A DNA stretch of 64,000 nt from Pseudomonadota bacterium (GTDB taxonomy: Bacteria; Myxococcota_A; UBA9042; GCA-2863065), in the NCBI GenBank assembly GCA_005776725.1, contig SXOO01000158.1, forward strand, positions 2,769 through 66,768. The letters run 5' to 3'. Below, one piece after another: positions 44,184 through 53,189 of this stretch. The notes below the pieces were generated by a model, which was not told the DNA's origin, made no database searches, and saw nothing but the letters and a program-made list of their open reading frames with translations. A program made the translations under genes and the position numbers. Each line of letters begins with the position of its first letter. Within the stretch, counting starts at the first letter, position 1.

Positions 44184-47100
44184 ATGAACGACCTCGTCTC
44201 CCGCGCCCGCCGGCTCGGCTTCGTCCTGCCCGGTTCTGTGGCGCGCCCGATCCGCCGGGCGCTTGCTGCTCGAGAGCTCGGTGGCCCGTCGAATCCGGAG
44301 TCCACGCTGCCGGCGGCGTCGCTGGCTGAGGCTCGGGACGCGGCGAGAACGCTGCTGACCGAGGCCGGAGCGCGTGGGGGCCTTCGCGGTCGCAATGATC
44401 CCCTGCGCCTCGGCGAGGTCGCTGAGGCGCTGGAGGGGGCGTCCGATCCCGCGGAGATCCTCGGAGCGCTGGAGCTTCTTCCAGCGGACCTCTGGGTCGG
44501 CGAGGGGCGAGAGATCGCCGCTCAGGGCATCGGGCGCCTCGACATGGACCGCGGCCTCCCGCGCCTCGCGCCGGTCTGGCTGCCCGCCCACCTGGCCTCC
44601 GTGATCGGCCTCGAGGAGGCCGAGACCTCCTGGCTGGCGACCCGTCCCGGGCTGGGCGCGGTGGTGCGCGAGGCCGGCGTCCCCGTGCGGTGGGTCGACG
44701 TCCGGCTCGACAGCCCGGTCGCCGACCGGATCGCGGGCCCTCAGGGCGCCACCCTCATCCTCGTGGGCTCGTACGGCGCCGGCGAACAGCTCTACTGGAG
44801 CGCCGACGACGACGCGCTGTGGGTTGCGCTCTCACCGGAGTCCTCGGCCGAGGCCTGGGTGGAGGCCGTGCTTGGCTCTACGCGGTGGGTGCGCCTGGGA
44901 TCGCGTCTCCACAGCGTCCTCGACGCGGTGTCGGCCTCCGCGGCGGCGGCCTCGCGCGTGGCCTCGAGGCTGGCGCGTATGGCCACGCTCCCGGCGGACC
45001 CGTCCCGGCTGTTCCTGGGTGCCTCCTCCGTGGTCACGGCTCCCGGCGGCCAGCCTGCGGCCACCTCGACCGGATCCGTGGTGGGTGGCTGGCTCGTCGA
45101 GTGGTTTCGCGCGCTCAGCGGGCCCGTCGACCCTGACCTCCGGCAGGTCGCCGAGGCGGCGGCCTCTGGCGCCTTCAGCGCGGCGGAGCTCGAGGCCGGC
45201 CTCTCGTCGCTCTTGGACAGCGAGCGGACGCTGCAAGAGGTCGTGGCGCCGAAGAGGCAGCCGTGGGGCGACGCGCGCCGAAGCGGCCTCGTCACCGGCC
45301 CCGTCGATCCCGCCGCCATCGCTCGCGCGCGGGCCGCTCTCCTTGCCAAAGACAGAGGCGGCGTGGACGCAGGTTCAGTGGCCCAGAGCTCGCCCGAGCG
45401 TTCGACTGCAGACGTGACCCGGAGTGACGGCGCTGCCTCCTCCGCGAGCCCTGGGCGCGGGGCCCAGGCCGAAGGGGCTACGGGGCGCGTCACGCCTGCG
45501 CCGGCCTCCCTTCGTCCGGACGAAGTCGCCGCCCGAGCGGAAGCGGCGGGGAACGTGGACGAGGCCCTGGCGGCGTGGCTTCGCGCCGCAGAGACCGCTA
45601 CCGACCGCCTCGAGACCTTCGGCGCCTGGGTGCACCTTGCGGACCGGCGCGCCGCGCTGCAGCCCGGCCCCGGCGTGGCCGAGGCGCTCGGTCGGGCGCA
45701 CGTCCTGGCGCCGGAGAACAAGGCCGTCGTGGTGAAGCTGGTCGAGGCCTCGCGCAGCTACGGGACCCCGTCGGAGACGGCGCGGTGGCTCGAGGCGCTC
45801 GTGGCGCTCGAGACCCAGCCCGATCGCCGCGCGAGGGCGCTGTTCACGCTGGCTACGCTCTACAGCGACACTCTGATGCGACCCGTCGACGCGCGGGTGT
45901 GCGCTCTCCGGGCGTTCGAGGGCCACCCCGACGACGACTCGTTCGCGCTCCTCGAGCGGCTCAGCGAGCCGGCTGACCTCGATCGACGCGTCGAGGCCGC
46001 CCTGGCAGGGACGCTCCCCGAGGCGCTGCGCACTCGCCTCTTGCGACGCCGCTTCGAGCGCTCGTCGGGCACCCCGGACGCGCTCTTGGCCCTCCGCGCC
46101 GCGCTCGAGGCCTCGCCGCGCGATCCGGAGCTGCTGGAGGCCGCCGCAAGGCACGAAGAGTCTGCGGGCCACGACGAGGCGGCGTGGGCGCTCTACCATC
46201 GCGTGCTCTCGGACGCGCCGCGTCGGGTCTCTGCGTATCGGGGCCTGGGGCGGATCGTGGCGCGCCGGCGAGACCGGGACGCCGCCTGGTGTGTAGCCAC
46301 GGCCCTGGTGGAGCTGGACGCCGCGGACGTGGCCGAGCGCGACTTCGTCGAGAAGCACCGCAAGGGGCTGCTCGCCGTGCGTCGGACCTTCGCCGGCGAC
46401 GCTGACTGGGAGCGCGTGCTCGAGCCGCAGTCGCTGGACCGGGCCACCAGCGCGCTCCTGGAGCTGGCGGGATCCGTCCTCGGGGCTGTTGGCTTCCCCG
46501 CGCCGCTCGTCGGGGTGGGCGAGCGACTCCCGGTGGACGCGCGGCTACACGAGCTGGCCGCCACGATCTCTCGCATCTGGGGCGTGGCTGCGCCGGTGAT
46601 CTACCGAACGGCTCAGGTGGGGACGCACCCGGTCCCGCTGGTCGCGAAGCTGGCGTCGAGCCCGCCGATCCTGCTCGTGAACCCGCAGCTCGATGTGCTG
46701 AAGGGCAAGGAGCAACGCTTCCTCCTCGGGAAGGCGCTCACCTTCTTCCGGCGGCGGTTCGCGCTGGCGGGGCTCGCCTCGGGCGGCATCGCGGGTACCA
46801 CGGCGCACGTCCGGCGCGTCCTCTTCGGTGCGCTCTCCGCGGGGACGGAGGAGCCGGCCACGATCGCCGAGATGGGCGTGCTCGAGGTGCGCGACGCGCT
46901 CCTGGCTCGGCTCTCCGGTGATGGCGAGGACGCGCTGCGACGATGTGTCGCCGACGTCGAGGCCTCGGGGGGGGACCTCAGCGCGGGCCAGTGGCTTCAG
47001 GAGGCCGAGCGGACGGCCAACCGCGCCGGATTGTTGCTCTCGAACGACCTCGGTGTGGCGGTCCGTATGGTCGCCCGCGAGCACGAGCTGGGCGTCCGCT

Positions 47101-47207
47101 GGTCCAAGCTGAGCTGCGACGAAGCCGTGGCCGATCTAATCCGATACGCAGCGTCCGAGCCGTACTTCGACGCTCGGCGCTCCCTCGGCGCCTCGGTGGA
47201 TGGCTGA
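44184..47207 (+). CDS. large hypothetical protein (1007 aa), Ala/Leu/Arg-rich with TPR-like helical region
   Basis: Frame of ORF 44148..47207; ATG at 44184 (MNDLVSRARRLGF). No catalytic motif recognised. The helical-repeat region is around ALRAALEASPRDPELLEAAARHEESAGHDEAAWALYHRVL. Confidence 0.55.
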   Translation: MNDLVSRARRLGFVLPGSVARPIRRALAARELGGPSNPESTLPAASLAEARDAARTLLTEAGARGGLRGRNDPLRLGEVAEALEGASDPAEILGALELLPADLWVGEGREIAAQGIGRLDMDRGLPRLAPVWLPAHLASVIGLEEAETSWLATRPGLGAVVREAGVPVRWVDVRLDSPVADRIAGPQGATLILVGSYGAGEQLYWSADDDALWVALSPESSAEAWVEAVLGSTRWVRLGSRLHSVLDAVSASAAAASRVASRLARMATLPADPSRLFLGASSVVTAPGGQPAATSTGSVVGGWLVEWFRALSGPVDPDLRQVAEAAASGAFSAAELEAGLSSLLDSERTLQEVVAPKRQPWGDARRSGLVTGPVDPAAIARARAALLAKDRGGVDAGSVAQSSPERSTADVTRSDGAASSASPGRGAQAEGATGRVTPAPASLRPDEVAARAEAAGNVDEALAAWLRAAETATDRLETFGAWVHLADRRAALQPGPGVAEALGRAHVLAPENKAVVVKLVEASRSYGTPSETARWLEALVALETQPDRRARALFTLATLYSDTLMRPVDARVCALRAFEGHPDDDSFALLERLSEPADLDRRVEAALAGTLPEALRTRLLRRRFERSSGTPDALLALRAALEASPRDPELLEAAARHEESAGHDEAAWALYHRVLSDAPRRVSAYRGLGRIVARRRDRDAAWCVATALVELDAADVAERDFVEKHRKGLLAVRRTFAGDADWERVLEPQSLDRATSALLELAGSVLGAVGFPAPLVGVGERLPVDARLHELAATISRIWGVAAPVIYRTAQVGTHPVPLVAKLASSPPILLVNPQLDVLKGKEQRFLLGKALTFFRRRFALAGLASGGIAGTTAHVRRVLFGALSAGTEEPATIAEMGVLEVRDALLARLSGDGEDALRRCVADVEASGGDLSAGQWLQEAERTANRAGLLLSNDLGVAVRMVAREHELGVRWSKLSCDEAVADLIRYAASEPYFDARRSLGASVDG

Positions 47208-47284
47208 GCCGCGTCAATCTGGCCCCCAGTGCCCGGAATGAAGGCCGTGGGGCTCGTGTTGATGGGCTCGACACGGAGAGGCAT

Positions 47285-47932
47285 GTGATTTTCGGAAAGA
47301 GCACCCCCCGCAGGCAAGACAGCTTCCACACCGAGGCGCTCCCGCACCTCGACGCGCTGTTCAACGCCGCCACCTACCTCACCCGGGACACCCGAGAGGC
47401 CGAGGATCTCGTCCAGGAGACCTTCCTCAAGGCCTACCGATTCTGGAGCCGCTACAAGGCAGGGACCAACTGCAAGGCGTGGCTGTTCCGGATCCTGACC
47501 AACACCCACATCAACCGGAACCGGAACCGCCGGCGCGACCTCGTCTACCTCGACTCGGTAGACGGCGAAGGCGCCGCCGACGACGTGGGACTCGCAGATA
47601 CCTCGGGCTTCTATCGGGACCCCGAGGCCGACTACCTCTACGGTCTGGTCCACGACGACGTCCGTAACGCCGTCGAGGCGCTCCCCGAGGACTTCAGGGT
47701 CCCCGTGGTGCTCGTGGACCTCCAGGACTTCTCCTACAAGGAGGTGGCCGAGATCATGGAGTGTCCGATCGGCACTGTGATGAGTCGCCTCCACCGCGGG
47801 AGGAAGCTGCTTCAGAAGAAGCTGAGGGGCCGCGCGGTCGAGGCCGGGATCGTGGCCGATTCGCCCGAGACCGAACCCGTGGAGCCGGCGTCGCTCGACG
47901 CCTACAGACAGCGACGCTCGCGAAGGGACTGA
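47285..47932 (+). CDS. ECF-type RNA polymerase sigma-70 family factor
   Basis: Tail of ORF 46943..47932; GTG at 47285 proposed. Region 2: EDLVQETFLKAYRFWSRY...WLFRILTNTHINRNR. Region 4: LPEDFRVPVVLVDLQDFSYKEVAEIMECPIGTVMSRLHRGRKLL. Confidence 0.85.
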   Translation: MIFGKSTPRRQDSFHTEALPHLDALFNAATYLTRDTREAEDLVQETFLKAYRFWSRYKAGTNCKAWLFRILTNTHINRNRNRRRDLVYLDSVDGEGAADDVGLADTSGFYRDPEADYLYGLVHDDVRNAVEALPEDFRVPVVLVDLQDFSYKEVAEIMECPIGTVMSRLHRGRKLLQKKLRGRAVEAGIVADSPETEPVEPASLDAYRQRRSRRD

Positions 47933-47935
47933 GTC

Positions 47936-48736
47936 ATGGATTGTCAGAACCTACGCCGTTACCTCGATCTCTACATCGACGACGAGCTCGACCTTCGCGA
48001 CCGGGTCGACGCGGACGCGCACATCGAGGGGTGTCCCTCCTGCAAGGGCGTCGTCGGCCGCGAGCGGTCGTTCCGTCTCGCGCTTCGTGGTCAGCTCCGC
48101 CCGGTCAGCGCGCCCGACACGCTCCGGCGGGCGATCCTGGAGTCGGTCTCCGCGCCTGAGGTCGCGGCGCCGGATTGGCGTGCGGCCCTGCGGCGTGGGG
48201 GTGCCTGGTTCGCCCCGGCCGCGCTCGCCGCGGCGATCGCGCTCGTGGTCGTTTGGCCCTTCGAGCGCACGGCCGACGGCCAGGTGCAGGCCTCAGTGAT
48301 GCCCTCGAGCCCGCCGCCGCAACCGGTCGCGGCGCGCCTGCGACCCGGCATGGCCCTGGCCTCGCTCTCCAGCATGCCCGCCGACGTTGCGGGCGCCGCG
48401 TCGGACATCTCGCGCTACATGGCCGGCCGTGTGCCGTTCTTCGTGATGCCCTCCCTGGCCGAGCGCGACGGGCTGCGGCTGGTTGGCGCCCGCGAGGTCG
48501 TGGTCAACGACGCCCACGGCGCCATGCTGATCTACCGGCTGGGCGCGCAGCGGCTGTCGGTGGTGCAGACCGCGGCCACCGCGGACGACGAGAGCGCTCC
48601 CGAGCTGGTGGTCACGCGCGACGGTCGCGTCTCCACGGCCCGCTTCGTTCGCGATGGGGTGGTGCACACGGTGGTGAGCGAGCTCGACCCCGCCGCGCTC
48701 GCCCGCCTGGTCGAGTCCGCCACCCGCGTCGATTGA
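47936..48736 (+). CDS. zf-HC2 anti-sigma factor, single-pass membrane
   Basis: ORF 47936..48736, 3 nt after the sigma stop. MDCQNLRRYLDLYIDDEL...HIEGCPSCKG. TM: WFAPAALAAAIALVVVW. Confidence 0.8.
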   Translation: MDCQNLRRYLDLYIDDELDLRDRVDADAHIEGCPSCKGVVGRERSFRLALRGQLRPVSAPDTLRRAILESVSAPEVAAPDWRAALRRGGAWFAPAALAAAIALVVVWPFERTADGQVQASVMPSSPPPQPVAARLRPGMALASLSSMPADVAGAASDISRYMAGRVPFFVMPSLAERDGLRLVGAREVVVNDAHGAMLIYRLGAQRLSVVQTAATADDESAPELVVTRDGRVSTARFVRDGVVHTVVSELDPAALARLVESATRVD

Positions 48737-48766
48737 TGCCCCGGGCGTGATAGGGTCGGGGCGGTC

Positions 48767-51700
48767 ATGGTCGCCCTCGCCCTCACTGTCGCCTTGGTGC
48801 TGCCCGCGCAGGCCGAGCCGTGTGAAGGGCTCCCGGTGGGCCTGGTCGAGGTGGGCGCCTGCGAGTCACCCAGCAGGCCGTGTGAGCCAGACACCCGCGC
48901 CAGCCTCGTCTCTCTCACAGACCTCGCGATCGGCCAGACCTGGCTGCCCGCGAACGTGGCACGCGCGTCGCGGCGCCTGCTGGAGACCGGCTATTTCGCC
49001 CAGGTCACGCCGCGTTGTGCGCCCGACGCCACCGGTATCTGGGCTGAGGTGCGCTTCGACACCGTCCTCAACCACCGCATTCGCCGGGTCCGCTTCGTCG
49101 GCAACGCCAACCTCTACGACTCCGATCTGCTTCGGCGTCTGTTCCTGCGACCGGGGACCGTGTTCAACCCGGGGGACCCGCGCACCGAGGTCGAGCGGAC
49201 GCGTCAGGAGGCGCTGCTCGCCAGGCGGTACGCGAAGGAGGGCTTCGGCGCCGCGAAGGTGATGTTGTCTGCCGAGGTTCTGAGCCCCGAGGCCGTCGAC
49301 CTGGAGGTGATCATCGACGAGGGGCGGCGCCGAAAGGTTGGCGGCGTAGACGTCGTGGTCGACCGCGCCGTGGGCAGCCAGGCGCCGTTCGGGCCCGACA
49401 TTCGCTGCCCCGACTTCAGCGCCCGCATGATCCGCTCCGCCTCGAAGCTCGAGGCGAGCGAGCCGTACACGGAGCGCCGGCGCCGTGAGGCCGAGCGGAC
49501 GCTGGGCGTCTACCTCCGCAGCCGCGGCGTGCTGGACCCCAGCGTGACAATCACGGCGTCGGATGAGGCCGAGCGGACCAAGGTCTCCATCCGCTTCGAG
49601 CGTTGTGCGGTGCTCCGGGTGCTCGAGCGTGACGAGCCGCAGCCGGGTCGCTCGGGCACGGTCGAACGGACCGAGGCGGAGGTGCTCGACGCGCTCACCT
49701 TCGGAGAGTCCGGCAGCTTCGACCTCGAGGAGGCTGACCTCTCCCGCGCGGCGCTCGAGCTCTACTACCAGCGGCTCGGCTACCTGTTTGCGGACGTCGA
49801 GCTCGACTACCGCGTGGCGCCCGAGGGATCGCGAGCCCCAGGCGTCGTCGCCGTGATCACCTACGTCGTGAGCACGCGGTGGCCCAAGGAGATCCGGCGG
49901 ATCGACCTCGTGGGCGACCTGGGGCTGCCGCGGGAGACCCTCGAGGGCCTCATGAAGACCAAGGTCTACGACTTCTTCGGGACCGGCGGGTACCTGCTGG
50001 TCGAGCAGCTGTTCGCCGATCTGGCGGCGATCCAACGCCACCTCGTCGAGGCCGGGTACCACGAGGCGCGGTTCCCCGGGGCGCCGCCGGGCGCGCGCGA
50101 GCTGCTCGAGGTGCGCCAGTCGCTGCGCGGGACGGACGATGTCTACGACTACGTCTACGGAGACCTCCACTTTCGCGTGGTCTCCCCACCCGGGGAGAAC
50201 GTGCTGTACCTCGAGGTCCCCATCGCCGCCGGGCCGGCGTCGCGCGTTGGAACCGTGGACGTCACGCTCACGCCGGGGCTCGCGGGCCCCACCGTGGCCG
50301 AGCTGCGGACGGCGCTCCGCACGCTCCCCGGCGACCCGTTCTCCGCCGCGGGTGTGGCCGACGACGCCGCGGCGCTCGAGCTCATGTGGCAGGCCCTGGG
50401 ACACCACGAGACGCGAGTGGAGGTGCACTGCGTCGCGCGCGACGTGGCGCCCGCAGACGGTGCGGGGGCCGAGCGTCGTGGCGATGGCCCGCTGGCGGCG
50501 CGCTGTGGGCCTGACCGCCGTGAGCCCTGCGACCGCGCCCGCTGCGACTTCCGGACGGTGCGCGCCGGCGAGGTGGACCTGGCCTTCGACGTGGTGCCTG
50601 GGCCCCTGTTCTCGGTGGGTGAGGTGTTCGTCCTCGGCCTGGAGACTACGTCGGAGGCGCTCGTTCGCGAGGCGCTCCCGCGGCCGGGCGAGCCGCTGTC
50701 GCAGCCGGGGATCGACGCGGCCAACCGCGAGCTGCGGCTGCTCGGGGTGTTCGCCGACGTGCGGCTCGACCTCATCGGGCTCGACGAAGAGCCGCCCCGG
50801 GAGCGTCCGGCGGTGGCGGTGCACCTCCAGGAGGCGCCGTATCAGTTCTTCGAGCTACGCACCGGCATCCAGACGCTGGTCGCGCGGTCGGGTGACGAAG
50901 GGGTCCCGGAGCTGGGCGGCGCGGTCTCGTCCAGCCTGGGCGCCTCCGACGCGCTGGTGATGGGCGGTTCGGCCGCCGTGCCGCTGGAGATCCCGAACTT
51001 CCTGAACTTCTGGGGCGCGGCCTACCGCAACTCGAACCTGTTCGGTCGTGCGATCGAGCTGGAGGTCCCCATCCGGTACGGCCTCTCGATCCCCGAGTCG
51101 GCCACCGACCCGGACGCCTGGAGCGACGCGTTCTCCCGGCTCGTGGAGCTGCGGCCCACGCTCTCCGTGGCGCGGCTTCGCGGGACCGAGCTCGGGCTGC
51201 GCGTGAGCCCCTTCGTGCGCTACGACCGCTCCACCCGCGAGTTCGACGAGTTCGAGTCCGGAGTGGCCACGGCGCTCGACGCGGCGCTCACCGCTCGCCT
51301 GCGTAGCTCGACCACGCTCACCGTCAGCGGCATCGCCTCGGGCGACGCCTGTGACGTGGAGCCGTGCACCCTGCCGGAGATGCTCGGGCGGGAAGCGCCG
51401 CTGAGCCCCAAGGTGGACCTGGACGTGGGGCTCGCCTACGACCGGCTCGACAGCCCCATCCACCCGACGCAGGGCTGGGCCGTGGGCGGGCGGCTCCGCT
51501 ACGTGTTGTCCGAGGGCACCGACGAGCGCGGAGACACGGGCGACATCGGGAACTTCCTGCTCTACGAGCTGAACGCGCGCGGCGTGGTCAACGTGAGGAA
51601 GCGGCTGATCGTGGCCGCGTTCGCGCGCTTCGCCAGCGCCCTGTCGTTCGGCGGCGAAGAGAACCTCCCGAACCGCTACCGCTATCGGTTGGGCGGCATC

Positions 51701-52096
51701 AGCGGGCTGCGCGGCTTGGCCGACAACTCCGTGCGAACGTTCTCGGTCGACGGCACGCCGAACCTCGTTCAGGAGGGCGGCGACACGTTGCTCATGGGCA
51801 CCCTGGAGCTGCGGGTGCCCCTGCTCGAGCGGGGCCTCGGCGGCCTGTGGCTCGGGATGTTCGTGGACTTCGGCGGGCTCGCGGAGGACGTGATCGACTT
51901 CAACGAGGAGTCCTTCCGCCTCACCGCGGGTGTGGGGCTTCGTTACCTGATCTCCGGGATCGCGGTGCGCCTCGATGTGGGCTTCAACCCGCTGCGACGG
52001 TGCGAGATCGCCACGGGCGTCTCAGAGCCCACCTGCGACGCCAACGTCCTGGAGCCAGTGAGCCAGACCCACTTCGGGCTGCTCTACACGTTCTGA
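48767..52096 (+). CDS. BamA/Omp85-family outer-membrane protein, oversized paralogue (1109 aa)
   Basis: ORF 48767..52096. Signal peptide MVALALTVALVLPAQA. POTRA-like repeats: IRRVRFVGNANLYDSDLLRRLFLRPGTVFN, IRRIDLVGDLGLPRETLEGLM. Barrel motifs YRYRLGGISGLRGL and RLTAGVGLRY. C-terminal HFGLLYTF. Confidence 0.8.
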   Translation: MVALALTVALVLPAQAEPCEGLPVGLVEVGACESPSRPCEPDTRASLVSLTDLAIGQTWLPANVARASRRLLETGYFAQVTPRCAPDATGIWAEVRFDTVLNHRIRRVRFVGNANLYDSDLLRRLFLRPGTVFNPGDPRTEVERTRQEALLARRYAKEGFGAAKVMLSAEVLSPEAVDLEVIIDEGRRRKVGGVDVVVDRAVGSQAPFGPDIRCPDFSARMIRSASKLEASEPYTERRRREAERTLGVYLRSRGVLDPSVTITASDEAERTKVSIRFERCAVLRVLERDEPQPGRSGTVERTEAEVLDALTFGESGSFDLEEADLSRAALELYYQRLGYLFADVELDYRVAPEGSRAPGVVAVITYVVSTRWPKEIRRIDLVGDLGLPRETLEGLMKTKVYDFFGTGGYLLVEQLFADLAAIQRHLVEAGYHEARFPGAPPGARELLEVRQSLRGTDDVYDYVYGDLHFRVVSPPGENVLYLEVPIAAGPASRVGTVDVTLTPGLAGPTVAELRTALRTLPGDPFSAAGVADDAAALELMWQALGHHETRVEVHCVARDVAPADGAGAERRGDGPLAARCGPDRREPCDRARCDFRTVRAGEVDLAFDVVPGPLFSVGEVFVLGLETTSEALVREALPRPGEPLSQPGIDAANRELRLLGVFADVRLDLIGLDEEPPRERPAVAVHLQEAPYQFFELRTGIQTLVARSGDEGVPELGGAVSSSLGASDALVMGGSAAVPLEIPNFLNFWGAAYRNSNLFGRAIELEVPIRYGLSIPESATDPDAWSDAFSRLVELRPTLSVARLRGTELGLRVSPFVRYDRSTREFDEFESGVATALDAALTARLRSSTTLTVSGIASGDACDVEPCTLPEMLGREAPLSPKVDLDVGLAYDRLDSPIHPTQGWAVGGRLRYVLSEGTDERGDTGDIGNFLLYELNARGVVNVRKRLIVAAFARFASALSFGGEENLPNRYRYRLGGISGLRGLADNSVRTFSVDGTPNLVQEGGDTLLMGTLELRVPLLERGLGGLWLGMFVDFGGLAEDVIDFNEESFRLTAGVGLRYLISGIAVRLDVGFNPLRRCEIATGVSEPTCDANVLEPVSQTHFGLLYTF

Positions 52097-52211
52097 AGCC
52101 TCGGGCGGGCCGCGGACCGCGCGCCGGCTCGGTGTGCGGCCGAGCGGGTTACTCGCCCGGTGGGCACACCGACGCGCCCTCATCGGGGCTGACCACGGCG
52201 GTCGCCTCGCC
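52082..52211. repeat. direct repeat copy A (left boundary of insertion)
   Basis: ctctacacgttctga (52082-52096) is identical to 54179-54193. The middle ~50 nt is about 70% similar with indels. Core 52153-52211 versus 54242-54300 is 57/59 identical (tcgcccggYgggcacaccgacgcgccctcatcggggctgaccacggcggtcgcYtcgcc). Confidence 0.9.
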
Positions 52212-53189
52212 GGAGTCGATCCTCGACAGGATCTTGGTCGCCAGCGCGTCGAAGTCGTCACGGCAACGCCGGACCGCGTCCAGGTGGGCACCGATCGCCC
52301 CATCCGCGGGTCGAAGGTGGAACATCGGCTTTTGAACATCCTGTGCCAGCGGCATGAGGCTCTGGTAGTGGCGCATCAGGCCCAGGCACCAGGGGTCGGT
52401 CTCGATCTCTGCGGGCGGCTGGCCCGACCGCACGACCGACTGGTTGTACTCGGTCGGCATCCTGCTCACCCAGCTCTGGTACGCCTTCACGGGCCGGGAC
52501 AGCCGAATTCCGGCCTGCATGACGACGTAGCCGAGCGGCCCCATCGACCCCCTGGGCAGATCCAGGTCCTCCGCCGGGTTTCGGTCCAGCCGGTCCCTCC
52601 ACCCCCGACGCCAGTCGATGAGGGTGGGCCCGAGGTTTCGGAGGCCCTGCGCAGAAAACAGGTCCGGAGCGAGAGGCGTGACCACGTAGTCGCACGCCAG
52701 CAGCGCGGCCCGGTTGATCGCCCCGAGATTGGGGCCGACGTCCATCAGCACAATTTGAGCCCGCTGGGCGGTGCCCGCTCGATTGGCGAGCCGGTGAAAC
52801 GCCGACAGCGTGCGGAAGGCAGCTTCGTCGCGGTCCAGGGCCCTCGGCCAGCTGTCGGAGAGTTTGTCCTCGAAGGTGGAGAGCCCAAGGTCTCCCGGCA
52901 CCAACGCGAGGCCGTCACGGATGGTCTCGGCATGCGGCTCGCGGATGTCACCGATACCGCGCAGGATCGGGCGTACGCAGCCGAGTACGGTTTCCGGGTG
53001 GTCGGAGCTGTCGGGCCACAGCGACTCCAGGCGCTCTTCAGAGAGGCACATCGCCGTCAGGTTGGACTGCGGGTCGAGGTCGACCATGAGCACGCGGCGG
53101 CCCTTGTCGGCCATCATGAAGGCGAGGTGGTAGACCAGCGTGGTCTTCCCGACGCCTCCCTTGTTGTTGAAGAAGGCGATCTTGATCAT
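52149..53189 (-). CDS. ParA/MinD-superfamily P-loop ATPase (346 aa) with repeat-derived C-terminal tail
   Basis: ORF 52149..53189. MIKIAFFNNKGGVGKTTLVYHLAFMMADKGRRVLMVDLDPQSNLT (deviant Walker A). The last 21 residues SGEATAVVSPDEGASVCPPGE are encoded by repeat copy A and nearly equal the C-terminus of the esterase gene (SGEATAVVSPDEGASVCPPGD). Confidence 0.85.
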   Translation of the reverse strand: MIKIAFFNNKGGVGKTTLVYHLAFMMADKGRRVLMVDLDPQSNLTAMCLSEERLESLWPDSSDHPETVLGCVRPILRGIGDIREPHAETIRDGLALVPGDLGLSTFEDKLSDSWPRALDRDEAAFRTLSAFHRLANRAGTAQRAQIVLMDVGPNLGAINRAALLACDYVVTPLAPDLFSAQGLRNLGPTLIDWRRGWRDRLDRNPAEDLDLPRGSMGPLGYVVMQAGIRLSRPVKAYQSWVSRMPTEYNQSVVRSGQPPAEIETDPWCLGLMRHYQSLMPLAQDVQKPMFHLRPADGAIGAHLDAVRRCRDDFDALATKILSRIDSGEATAVVSPDEGASVCPPGE

